Shown piece after piece: positions 41,386 to 54,146 of a DNA stretch of 64,000 nt. Origin of the DNA: Eledone cirrhosa (Eukaryota); the NCBI GenBank assembly GCA_964016885.1, contig OZ024742.1:49228001-49292000 (forward strand), written 5' to 3'. Made by a program: the position numbers and the translations under genes. The number at the start of each line of letters is the position of its first letter. The first letter of the stretch is position 1. The notes below the pieces were generated by a model. It was not told the DNA's origin and searched no databases. It was given only the letters and a program-made list of their open reading frames with translations.

Positions 41386-41394
<9 letters not shown>
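40752..41394 (+). mobile_element. Non-coding retrozyme-like element: 89-bp terminal direct repeats, 554-nt unit, inserted in (TA)n
   Basis: 40752-40840 matches 41306-41394; pyrimidine-rich interior; permuted hammerhead motif spans the repeat boundary. Confidence 0.75.
41291..41355 (+). ncRNA. Non-circularly permuted hammerhead-like motif
   Basis: CTGATT-tta-GGTAT-C^TAGTC-11nt-GAAA-TACC-aacgat-AATCAG-ca-GACAA-CTGATGA. Confidence 0.65.
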
Positions 41395-41449
<55 letters not shown>

Positions 41450-41464
41450 TATATATATAGATAT

Positions 41465-41587
<123 letters not shown>

Positions 41588-42752
41588 TATTGAAGTTTCC
41601 GTTGAAAACAGAAAAAGTCATAGGAGTGAAGAGTGCTCTATGTAAGTACCAGAGCAAAATTTAATGTATAAAAAACAATACAATATAATTACCTCATTAC
41701 CAGAGGTTTCCCGAATAAGGCGAATACGAAAGAAACGTCTTCATTCGTTCGTCGGACGAGGCAATATAAAACATAGCTAAATATTTGGAAAGTCTCCTCA
41801 AGAAATGCAAAAAAAAATTATATAAATATAGATGAAGGTAATACAATAGACATAAAATATAGAAAAAAAAATTTAAGAAATACAGCTACGTGTGTGTATA
41901 TGTATGTATATACACCTAACTGTATTTCTATATGTGTGTGAATAGTGAAAATGTGTGCGTAAATATATGTATGAGGGCAAGTATATCTGTGTATCTGTAA
42001 CTACAGACACAGACATGATATGAGTGTCCGGTTGACAGGTATACAGAAAAACAGGGTATTAGATACATTATAAGAATATGAAGGCACGCGTATAAACACA
42101 CCCACACGCGCGTACACTTATATGCGGAAGAAAAAGAGGTAAGGGAGTGTAATAGTAAAAAGAAAGTATCATTCTCGATATATTTATAAAAATGGAACAA
42201 TAATTTAGAAAGAAAAAAAGAAGAAAAGAAGAAAACAAACAAGGTACACGCGTACATACACACATATATCTATAAGAAACGTATATCTATAAAGAAAATA
42301 TATATATACACGCAAAACGTACAGACAAAAGCGTAAGCAAGTATACATACACACACAGGATACACATATATATATACATACACCTCGCCCCATGTATATC
42401 CAATCACACCTACGTACGCGACTGTATACACACACACACATACACACACATAAATGTATACATACATATATATATACGCACGCTTACACATCCATACATT
42501 CAGTACGTACACACACATACACACACACACATACATACACTCACGCACGTTGACCCGCTTACATGCACACACATAAAAGTGAGAATGTAAAAAACATAGA
42601 TGTAAAAACACAGATATAAGAACACACATACATACACACATATATATATATACACGCACGCGCGCGCACATACGTAGGCGTTTGTGTACATATACAGAAA
42701 GTATACACACATAAAGACGCTCAGACACATAGATACAGGGTGTAAAAAAAAG

Positions 42753-42803
42753 AGATTCTACAGGGCTAGAACTGTTTCATTCTTTAGAAATCATCAGGAA
42801 TCT
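42753..42803 (-). ncRNA. Type I hammerhead ribozyme, intact core
   Basis: Minus: GATTC-CTGATGA-tTTC.TAAA.GAAt-GAAAC-AG.ttctagcc.CT-GTA-GAATC; homologous to 30935-30979. Confidence 0.7.
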
Positions 42804-43167
42804 GGGTATCAAAAAATAAATATGGTATTTATAGGTCTCTTCAGGTGGTAGGAGAGGGTAGGGAGTGGGATGGGTAGAGGTCATTGGTTGATAGAAAAGG
42901 GAATTCATTAAAAGCTAATTCTTTAAAGCTATAATTTATATTTAGAGTAACAAAGGCAGAAAGAATTCTATAAACAAGTTCAGAATGGGGTGTCACTCCT
43001 TATTTTTAAGTTTCTCTTAAGCTAACAATGCCTATATTTCAGGTGTCTATAAGATCGTTGGGGGTCAGTCATGGTTGATGGATTTAAATAAAAGTGAAAT
43101 TTTTTAAAAGCTAATTCTTTAAGGTTCTACTTAGAGTGACAAAGGCCTAGAGAATTCTATACAGACA

Positions 43168-43345
43168 ATTGGCAGTATCGGTAGAGGGTTGGACGCCATG
43201 CTTTCTAGCATAGTTACGTCCCTTTACAGTCTGAGTTCAAATCCCGCCGAGGTTAACTTTGCCTTTCATCCTTACGGGGTCGATAAAATAAATTACCAGT
43301 AATGTACTGAGTAATTGCTGGCCTTGTGCCTAAAATAGAACCATT
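43168..43345 (+). mobile_element. Meta-like tRNA SINE
   Basis: Near-identical to the reverse complement of 51789-51976. Confidence 0.85.
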
Positions 43346-43980
43346 TATTAGAATACTGTTGATGTATGTATACATCTTTAGGACACCCTGCATATATATA
43401 TACGTATATCATCATCATCATCGGTTAATGTCCATGATGATGATGGTGATGATATATACTACATATACTTTAACAGTTAAACTGCTCATTTTAAAATATC
43501 CTTTTATTAAAAGCCTCTACCATAATTATATTTGAGAAACTTTTGTTAAGTAATGTTCAAAATATTACCCTACTAAAGAAAAGCTAAAATATTTTATTAA
43601 ATTCCTCCACATTTTGGGATATTTTCAAAATTAATTGAAACACATAGGCAGTGTATTTCATTGGAAATACATCAATGAAAGGGTTAATGTATGTTGAAGA
43701 TGTGTATGTGTTGATGTTGATGTTGAAGATGTGTATGTGTTGGGAACTTAAATAGATAATGCTGATTAATATATAGTGAATCCAAGCGTAGATGATCTGT
43801 GTGTTAAAATGAGGCATAGGAAATGTTGGTTAGTGTGTATATTGTTTTTATTTTTTGTTGTTTTTGTAGGTAGATTATGTTGAAATATGTCAGCTGTAAA
43901 TAAGTAGCATGATGAGGCAGGTCGACATATGAGCAGTAGAATAAACATACATTCATGCATATTCACATGCATGGATATAC

Positions 43981-44096
<116 letters not shown>

Positions 44097-44125
44097 GCAG
44101 ACACACAGGCCAGCACACAAACGTG

Positions 44126-44156
<31 letters not shown>

Positions 44157-44382
44157 CTGGGATTATTGTGACACTTGGATATGTAACTAACTGCTTCAGT
44201 AACAATTTTCAAGAAGCAGGAGTATAGCTAATGTACAAATTACCAGCCATTAATGGAACTGTAAAAATATGTAAATCATTCCAGATGTTTCACTTGTAGC
44301 TATGCATACATACATACATATATGCATGCATCCACACACACTCACACCCACAAACACACACACACATACATGTTAATTGCTA

Positions 44383-44555
44383 CTTCTTGTCAGCAAAGTA
44401 CCATCCCGTCATTGAACATTGCATGATCATGTGCACACAGGTGACTTTTCAGACCTGCTTTCGTTTTGCAGGTACATTCACAGATGTGACACTTGAACGC
44501 TGCCTATCCTGGTATACAACCTGTCATATGGTCAGCTTGGGTCTTTGGCGATTAC
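44383..44555 (-). mobile_element. 3' end of a BovB-like RTE LINE (C2H2 finger), degraded
   Basis: Minus: FKCHICECTCKTKAGLKSHLCAH followed by a short UTR; isolated single finger. Confidence 0.55.
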
Positions 44556-46137
44556 ATACAGAAATACATACATACATGCATAGCTATCTAATGCAGGTGT
44601 CAATCTTATCACATAGGAGAATGGCTATTACTCTGTTATTGAGAAATGTAAAGAACAAACCAGAACATACTCCCTTTTCCAGCTTTCTTTAACAATTTTG
44701 AAACCAAATTGTCAGAGACCAGCCTTGATTCTATGTTACAAAACAATTTCTTTTAAAATTTGTATATTTGTCTAAAACCATTTCATCATCATTTTATGTA
44801 AGAACTGTTTGTTATGTTCCAAACATGAACTTAATAAAAGGAAAGATGTTTTACTACAACCTTCCAGATTCTTGTTATTCTCTAAATTATTTGGTGATTA
44901 TGTGCAGTGTCTTATAAGAGAAATATGGAAACAAAAGGCTTTACTTCTCATTTCTTACATTTCCACCTTGTAATCAATTTCTAACTACTAAAATATAAAG
45001 CAATTTCTGATTTTTCTTTTATTTTCCTCTTTCTAGTGTTAGCGATCTCTTTACAATCTGTACAAACTATAAAGTTGTTGATAGGAAGAGCGTCCAGTTA
45101 TTGAAAACTTACAAAATTTAGAGTCAGGAGGACTCTTCAGTTGTGCCATATATATGACAACCTCCCAAGGATTCATGATCTATGTGATAAACACACCCAG
45201 TATACTTTGAAAAGCAGTTGGTGATATGATGGGTATTCAGCTGTAGGAAACCTGTCAAACAGAGAGCCAGGAGGACTCTTCAGCTGTGTCAAAGAGCTGA
45301 CAACCTCTCTACTGTTGGTGCCATGACAAAAGGCATTTCATAGAGCATGGGGTCATATGCAACCAAGATGTGACTCCTTGGCTTATTGGAATAATTGATA
45401 GAATGTGGGAATGCACGTAAATTATGATGATGATGATGAATACTGTAGCTGTTTCTGTTTGAATGAACCACAGTCAATTAAGAAAGTAGTTAGCTACTTG
45501 ATAGTATAACGAGTGGCTGAATTGGACACTCAAACTCAAAGACATATTTTCTATGGTTATAACAGTACTCAGTCGCAATAAAGAAACCTGAATAAACAAA
45601 ATAAATAAATAAATGAATAATTGCCTACAAATACGTTCACTCATTTTGGTATAAAATCAGCACAATATGACAGTGGTGATACTTCTAATGCACACATATA
45701 GAATGGAAATAGTTTTACTGTTCTTTCAGCATATTTCCAATAGTAAAGTCATCCAAGCTGAAACTCTGTCTCCAGAGAGAAGTAGATTTTTGTGAGGAAA
45801 TGTGGAAGGTTACTCTACACTCTGAAAATTCAGTTGATGTTATCGATGTCTAGGAATGCTTTTGTATTTATCAGCAACATTTACATACATTTCTAGAGTA
45901 TATAGTAGACTCAATGTAAGGACTGTGAGTATGTGCAAGCATATATGTTATATATAAATAGATGTATATACTATATCTAAACTGGCTTTACATTCTTTCT
46001 TTATCCATGTTTGTAAGAGTGGAATGGTCTTTTTGTATGAGCATTTATGTTTACAGCTGGATGCCCTTCCTACCATTAATCACTCAACTATGAATTAGTA
46101 GTGGAGACTGTTTTTAACAAACAGGCATGCTTGAACA

Positions 46138-46181
<44 letters not shown>

Positions 46182-49100
46182 TCATATATATATAATGTGT
46201 GTGTGCGTGTGTATACATACCTTACTAAGGGATATCTGCAGTAAGATTTGAAGTTATGACTATTTGGTCGATAGTTTAGAACTTTAATGTTACAACATTG
46301 TATGTCTTAATGCTATTCCAAGTTTCTGCCAATTTAACAGACAAATGTAGACACACATAGTGGGTATTGGTCAAAGACAGAAGAACTAAATAATAAAATT
46401 AAAAAAAAAAAAGAAAGCCGAAATACACCATACCAATAGTGACATCTTGAATGGCTTGTCTACATGGCATTGCTACATATCTTTTGGATATTCAGCTATC
46501 AATGTGCAAAGACATCAACATTTTCATCATAATCTTCACCATCATCTTTTTATGTCTATTTTTGTACTTTTTATAATCATCATTTTTCTTCCCCCATTTC
46601 CATGAAGGTATAAATTAGACAATTTTTTAACAGCCTGATGCCCTCTCTGATGCTAATGCTTACTATATTCTTAAGTATTTATAATTTTTTTAAGAGGTAC
46701 ATAAACAAAGAACAAAAAAAAGCATCAAACATACATACATATGTACATACACACACTTATTCGCATACATATATATTTTATGCTTCTTCACAGATTCTGT
46801 CTATCAAATCCATACAAAAGGCATTGGGTGGAGTTAGATTATAGTAGAAGACACTTGTATAAGTTTTCATGTAATGGTATTGATCTTGAGACCAAGTGGT
46901 TGTGTAGCAAATTTCCTATCAACTGAGTTTGATCTTGCATAACAGTATTGGTATGCTAGAAGCTTACTATCATTTGTACATCTGTTATGACTGCAGGTAT
47001 TTACAGCCCAGCCTGGGTGGAGCTGACAGGTTTCCAGCTGTGAACATCCTGTCCTGTTTTTCAGACATAGTATGTCATGATGACAGGTGATAAAACTGTC
47101 AGATTGTAAGAACATCAGATAGAATGCTTTGCAGTATTTTTTTTCCTGTTCTCTGTATTTCGAGTTCAAAACCCACAGAGGGCAGACAACTTTTCTTTTC
47201 ATTGTTTTGTGGTTGATGATAAATGTTCCAGTCCAGTACTGAGGTCAATTCCTTGTCTATACATCTTTTTCTTACTTCCTCTAGAGAAAGGTTGGGATCC
47301 ACTAGATTTAAAATGCCAATGACACTATCCCTATGATTCTATCTGGAGTTACACATCTATACATACATAACTAGGAACACATTATGAAATTTTTTCTTAC
47401 CACCTTAACAATTATCCTCCTCATCATCCTTTTATGCCCACTTTTCCATCATTGTCTATCCAACCCATGCAAACATGGAGAAAGGATATTAAGGAGGATT
47501 GCCAAGTTGTGATTTAGTGAAAATATGACTGTTATTTCCAGCAAGTCACACAAACTTATTGACACTATCTCATAGCTTCCTATGAATATAAGTTGTTGCT
47601 GTTCAGCCACAGGTCAACCCAGATCAAGCAGATCTATCGGTAAATACACTATATGAATATTAATCATTTATTGTATCAGAATGGACTTCCATCAGTTTCA
47701 ACAATGAATACTCCAGTTTATCAATTAACAAAGTATGCTTTTGAAATTAATGTACAAGTTACTGAGTATGCTACAGAAAAATGTACCCCTGGTATAATTA
47801 TCAGCAAGATTCAGTGAAGCAATTGTGTAACAAATCTGGCCCTTTGAATTAAGGGTACAGTCTATTCACCAGGCTTCAAAACATCTACTCAGTTTTCCAG
47901 ACAAAGCATGAGTTCACTCAAAGCTGTAGTAAAAATCACTTGCCCAATAATCCACACAGTGGGATAAAAACTGGGACCTAATGATTGTGAAGTAAACTCC
48001 CTAATCATTCAGCCATGCTGCATCGACACAATTATTGTGGATATGTAGAACTACATTAGTCAATGTGTTCTTCTATCATTTAAGATTGTAGTGTACAATT
48101 TTAGGTAAGCTTTGTTGCTGTTTCCAGCAGGTCAAGCGACCATGTAGAGGTTGGTGTTTTTTTATGAATGTATGTAGGTTTCTTTCTATACAGAATGATG
48201 ATGTACTTCTATAAATGTTTATATATTGGACTGTCTTTGAATATGTCACTTAGTGTGTAGGTGGGACTAAGTGCATGTTTGTGGGTTAATATTGACATAG
48301 GCTTATGTGAAAATATGTGAACTGCTTTGATTATTTATTTATTTTATTTTTTATGATCATTGCACTTATTTTCACACATTTTACACATCTTGCATCTGTA
48401 AGCCTATGTCAACATTCACCACAGACACTCGCATAGTCCTAGCTTGACTCACAAACGCATCCACACTCACACACACATCCACACACACACAATAATCATC
48501 ATTTTTACATCAACTTTTCCATGCTGGCATGGGATGCATGGGATGCACCGGACCTTGTGAGGCAATGCTTTACACATGGATACCCTTCCTGACACTAACC
48601 CTTTTAGTAGCTTCTCACAAAACACAGGGATATGGTGTACCTAATCTAAACCAGATACACATAGTTATATATAAATACATAAATATATCTCCATATGTAA
48701 GTGAAATGTAATAAATAATGAGAATGCTGTATGTGGCTACGGGAGCCAAGAGCCCCACAATATTGAAACAGTGTTGAATTAATGATTTTGCTGCGAAGTG
48801 ATAAGCAGAGGCCTTTTTGAAATTTTCACCCATCAGCTCTATGCAATATACTCTGACCATTGTATGTTATTGAAATGTAACTGAAGGACTGAGGGGTGGA
48901 GGAATGTAATGTGTATGAAACATAAGAGAGAAGGCAGGAGAGAGAGAGTGAGAGAAACAAAGCAGGAAGGAGAGAGAAAGAGAGAGAGAGAGACTGTGTG
49001 TGTGTGTGTGTGCTTAGTAGAGACAGAATGTGTATAGTAGAAAGAGAGAAAAGAATGAAGCACGCGTGTGCGTGTATGTAGTATATTCGGGATAAAGAAG

Positions 49101-49249
49101 AGAATGTAGAGAGAGAGAGAGAGTGATAGTGAAGTAGAAAAGTACATAGCAAAGAAGTTAGAGCAAAATGGAAAGATCTGATAGTTGAAGTAATACATCC
49201 AAACACACTTAGACACCTACACTTGTTTACATGGTAAACATTTATGTGC

Positions 49250-49296
<47 letters not shown>

Positions 49297-49415
49297 CACA
49301 CACATACATATATATATATATGAACACATGGATAATCTATACATATGCATACACACGTATATCATTATCATCATCATCATGATTTAACTTCATTTACCCT
49401 CTTGTGTGTGTGAAC

Positions 49416-49453
<38 letters not shown>

Positions 49454-49464
49454 GTTCACACACG

Positions 49465-49503
<39 letters not shown>

Positions 49504-50133
49504 GTGCCTGTGTGTGTAACATGATAGAGAAGGTGTGTGTGGTTCGTGTGTGAGAGACAGAGAGAGAGTAAGAGAGAGACAGATTGGGGTGTCTATGGGG
49601 AAGTGTGAAATGTGGGGTATCATTTTCCCATCAGTTGGTACAGCTTTACCTATTAACTTCTGTTCACTAGAAGAATATTCAGGCATTCTGTGTAATGGTG
49701 CTAAGTTGAAAGCTAGTGAGCTGAGTGAAGAGAGATGTACTATGAAATCTTGTGAAAATCCACCATTCTACTAATATTGATGGAAAGAAGGGGATGGAAG
49801 AGAAGGAGAAGAAGACAAAGTAAAAATAAAACAAAATACACTATAAAAGAAAAGGAAATTAAAACAAAAAATGGAAAAATTCCTTAAGCAGAGAACTAGA
49901 AAAAGTTCTTAGCACAGATGTTAACATTGATAAATAGTGAAAACTTTAGACTGAGTGGGAGAAGAATGGGTGTATATAATTGTGTGAATGAGCATGTGTG
50001 TTGCGAGTGTGTGTGTGTTGTGAGTCTCTGTGTGTGTTAGTCTTGCAGCACATTCACAGACAATTTACTTTCATCTCAAGGTTATTCTCTTATATTTCTA
50101 GTGAATTTTTGACAAATACATTTCAACACAAGG

Positions 50134-50134
<1 letters not shown>

Positions 50135-50184
<50 letters not shown>

Positions 50185-50585
50185 ACACACACACACACAC
50201 ACGCACACACACACACACACACACATACACATGCACACACATACACACACGCACGCACACACACACACAGACACGCACACACAGACTCACACGCACGCAC
50301 ACACACCAGCACACAGACACAGTCACACACGCACGCACACACATCAGCACACACACACACAGACACATACACGCACACACATACACACACGCACACACAC
50401 AAAGACACGCACACACACACACACACACACACCAGCACCTCACGCACACACAGACACGCACACACATACACACACGCACGCACACACACAGACACGCACA
50501 CACATACACATACGCACGCACACACATAGATACAGACACGCAGACACACACGCACGCACACACACCAGCACACACACACACACAG
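50135..50585. repeat. Degenerate (CA)n array, about 450 bp
   Basis: Direct read. Confidence 0.95.
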
Positions 50586-50880
50586 TAGCGAACACATATG
50601 TACTTATACAAATACACATAGCCATGCATATATACTCATAATACTTATTCAACTATTGTAAAGAAAACTAATAGAAGTCATACTTTTGTCTTCATATACT
50701 CATTCAACCATCTCTCTCTTTCTCTGTATATATACAAGCCAGATCAGTTCCTGTATGAGCAAGGCATGGTCAGCCGACCAGACACTGCCCACAACAGGAC
50801 AACCCGTCTAACCCATGCTAGCGTGGAAGAACGGACGTAAAACGGTGATGATGATGATGATGATGATATATATATATATA

Positions 50881-51490
50881 CATGGTGGCTGCCAACTCGT
50901 TTTCGAGTACGGCCACTACTTTATATCCATGTAGGAGAACCCCTACCGATGCGCTGAACGAGTGTGACTTTTAGTCCAGCCAGCGACTTGAAAACTCTGG
51001 TACAAACACTACACTTGTGACAATTATTGACACATAGTGCTGGGCCCATGGCACCATGTGACGACAAGTGCAGAGAGATCTCCAGATATAAAGCAATGCC
51101 TGTGCCGTGAAGCTTTTATAGTGAGCAAAGGCACTGCACAAAGCCAGTCCCACTCTCTTAACCAAGATGATATTTACCAAAAAGAAGAACAAGTCAACAT
51201 CATTGGATACCATCAGGGTTGCAGGTGTTATATCAGAGTTTTCATTCTCCTAGAATTCTGCCTTGACAAAGGCTAAGGGGTCATCTCTCCCGGTGATTTT
51301 GGATGGCCATTGACTCTTAAGAGCTCCTTTGCCCTTTGACAGGTTTTGTTTTTAGTCCTGCAGGATGTCCAAAGTCACCCTCCTCACCAAGAAACCTTGG
51401 TGGGGTTGCCAGTTTAGTTTCCGACGACCCGACCATGAGACAGGTTGTACTGGGATACATGTTACCAGTAGCACCAACTGGTAACCTGAC
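50881..51490 (-). mobile_element. Non-autonomous RTE-related element (RTE 5' UTR-like head plus short 3' end)
   Basis: Head AAACTAAACTGGCAACCCCACC..GGTGAGGAGGG..TGGACATCC and CTAGGAGAATGAAAACTCTGATATAA; second copy at 12001; no ORF. Confidence 0.6.
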
Positions 51491-51506
51491 ATATATATAC
51501 ATACAT

Positions 51507-51538
<32 letters not shown>

Positions 51539-51542
51539 TCTT

Positions 51543-51578
51543 TCTTCTGATGAAGGACTAGCATCCGAAAAGTTAAGA
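51543..51578 (+). ncRNA. Minimal hammerhead motif at a PLE-type terminal fragment
   Basis: TCTT-CTGATGA-aGGA.ctagca.TCC-GAAA-a-GTT-AAGA; starts just after (TA)n and is followed by an about 85-bp tail into TA. Confidence 0.5.
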
Positions 51579-51709
51579 CCCTCTTCTTGCTATATCAAGC
51601 GTTAACCTAATATATCCCTTCCATATACTCTACTGATTGTGTTGTTATTTCTGTTTACCTTTTACATATATATTTATATATATATATATATACAAACACA
51701 CACACACAC

Positions 51710-51771
<62 letters not shown>

Positions 51772-51788
51772 ATAATAATAATAATAAT

Positions 51789-51976
51789 AATTGTTTCTAC
51801 TTTAGGCACAAGGCCAGCAATTACCCAGTGCATTACTGGTACTTTATTTTATCGACCCCGTAAGGATGAAAGGCAAAGTCAACCTCGGCGGGATTTGAAC
51901 TCAGATCGTAAAGGGACGTAACTATGCTGAAAAGCATGGCGTCCGACCCTCTACCGATACTGCCAATCCACCGCCC
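51789..51976 (-). mobile_element. Full-length young Meta-like tRNA SINE in (AAT)n
   Basis: Complete head GGGCGGTGGATTGGCAGTATCGGTAG to tail GTAGAAACAATTATT; CpGs intact. Confidence 0.85.
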
Positions 51977-53071
51977 TCATAATAATAATAATAATAATAA
52001 AAAGGATGCGGTGTTAGATTTTCATTACATTTATTGAGGTGTGACGATCATTTTGCAATTGATCAGCTCAAAGCTGTATAATTTTGTGTGTGAATATGTG
52101 TACTTTAATTCGTCAATTGAACCCTCTTTAATTACTGAATTAGTATTTAAGCATTTGGATAATTTTTTCGTGGAAACATCTTCAATGGCCATAAGTATTG
52201 ATATTCCCAATGACTTCTTGACTGTGATGTTTGTTACTTCTATCATATACATTTATTATAAAGAAAAATGTTCTTAAACTTTAACGTTTACTTTCATATA
52301 TCTTGCTGAACAATGAAAAAATAAGACAAGGTGAAGTAGTCAATTAATCCATTGTCTTATGATTGTTTCGGAGGAAAAAACTAAAAGCAAATAATTATCT
52401 AGAGTAGTTATGCAACTCCATTCTATTAGCTTTGTTGTCTATACTCTGAAACAAGATAACAAAATACGTTGTGTCATTTAATTTCAGCCCTTTACATTCT
52501 AAGATCAAATCCCACCAAGGTCACCTTTGCCTTTTATACTTCTGGGGGTTGATAATATAAAGTACTAGTTAAATACTGGGTCAATATAACCAGATTTCTT
52601 TTTACCCCTAATTGTTAATCTTGTGCCAATATTAGAAATAATTATCCTATATAACTAGGCTATTCTCTTGTGAATTCTTGTAGGAGGACATTTGGTAACG
52701 CTCACTGTGTGATGTTTTGTGGAAGAAACACATCACGCACAACCTTGAAATCAATAAACTTACTCATTCATTGATGGATTAAACATCAGATATTGTAAAT
52801 ATTTGGTGGTTCACTATATTATACTGCCACCATCATCATTTTTATCATCATTTGTTTCAATAATGTAATAATCCTGAGCAGAAAGAATGCATTCTATAAA
52901 ACCTCTTCTGGAATAGAAAAAAAAAATTGGCTTGGTTGGGTGAGGTTAGTGCAAGTTATATCCCACATGCAGCTTTGAAGGTTAGTTTTTGGCAGGAATA
53001 CATGAGCGGGAAGAGTGCTGACTTAGTTGGCTGAGAGGTGATAACTGTATGTTATTTGGTACAAGGCCAGA

Positions 53072-53108
<37 letters not shown>

Positions 53109-53720
53109 ATGATGATGATTTCTACCTAGTAGCACAAAATGGGGTCAGGCTGACCCATCTAAACTATGCCATCATTGCAAAAACAAAATAGATTTCACCA
53201 CAGTAATTATGCCATTGACATTTATTTTAACAAGGTTCTAATAACAACTTCAAAATTCTCTTTAATTTTCCCATGAATCAGTAACACTTCACATGTTTAC
53301 ATATTTGATATAGGTGATTGTTAAAGTAATATGTTTTGTTTTAACTATTAACGCTATTTCTCATCTCTTTATCTATCATCTACGCTTCATTTCAAATGGA
53401 ATGTTCTTCCAATCATCTCCAGTTTTTTATCTTTTGTTCTATTCTTTACCTCTTCTATTAATAATACAATTGTTTCTGCTCTACTGAATTAACTAGTTGC
53501 ATACTGTACAATCTCAACCTCAACTCTCTTGTCCCTGCCCTCACCTTTCTTCCCTCTCTAATCCTTAACATTTCCCAACCTTTCAGATCTGACAAGAGAC
53601 AATTTTCCCAATTGTTCCCATAAAACTTTGGAATTCCTTACACACAACATTAACCACATTAAAACACACCAGTCTCAGATGACATGCAATGGTCATAGGA
53701 ACTTCATATTCATTTCTGAT

Positions 53721-53792
<72 letters not shown>

Positions 53793-53862
53793 ATCTATCT
53801 ATCTATCTATCCATCTCTCTCTCTCTCTCTCTCCCTCTCTCTCCACATATGTATATCATCAT

Positions 53863-53900
<38 letters not shown>

Positions 53901-53904
<4 letters not shown>

Positions 53905-54146
53905 TCTCTCTCGTTCACGATTTCACCGAATTTATATTCATGGAAATTTGGGACTTGACTCCTTCTTCCTCACTTTTCGTTGCTTCACCATCTTTGTTTG
54001 TTTACACTCTCGTGTCCCCTTTATTTACGTGTCCCAACGACTTTTTTTAGCCGTTGCTCGCACCAACCGGAGGTATATGGTCCTTAAAGCGATGAAATAC
54101 CAATGATGGTTGGAAGATCACTGATGAAGGACTAACTTTATTCATA
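53901..54146 (+). mobile_element. Truncated relative of the 40752 element, ending in (TA)n
   Basis: Pyrimidine-rich body, permuted hammerhead motif, and a TTATTCATATAT end like TTCATTCATATAT at 41382-41394. Confidence 0.6.
54063..54127 (+). ncRNA. Non-circularly permuted hammerhead-like motif
   Basis: CCAACC-gga-GGTAT-A^TGGTC-11nt-GAAA-TACC-aatgat-GGTTGG-aa-GATCA-CTGATGA. Confidence 0.65.

Noticed and set aside
44440-44505. Host C2H2 zinc-finger gene exon
   Set aside because: Single finger without a TGEKP linker or splice signals; matches the BovB-like LINE terminal finger, as at 31335-31390.
46960-47100. GC-richer exon-like patch
   Set aside because: Open frames and weak splice sites exist on both strands with no recognisable peptide; cannot be assigned.
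52031-52277. Overlapping 73-78 aa ORFs on both strands
   Set aside because: No recognisable motif and no convincing splice pair.
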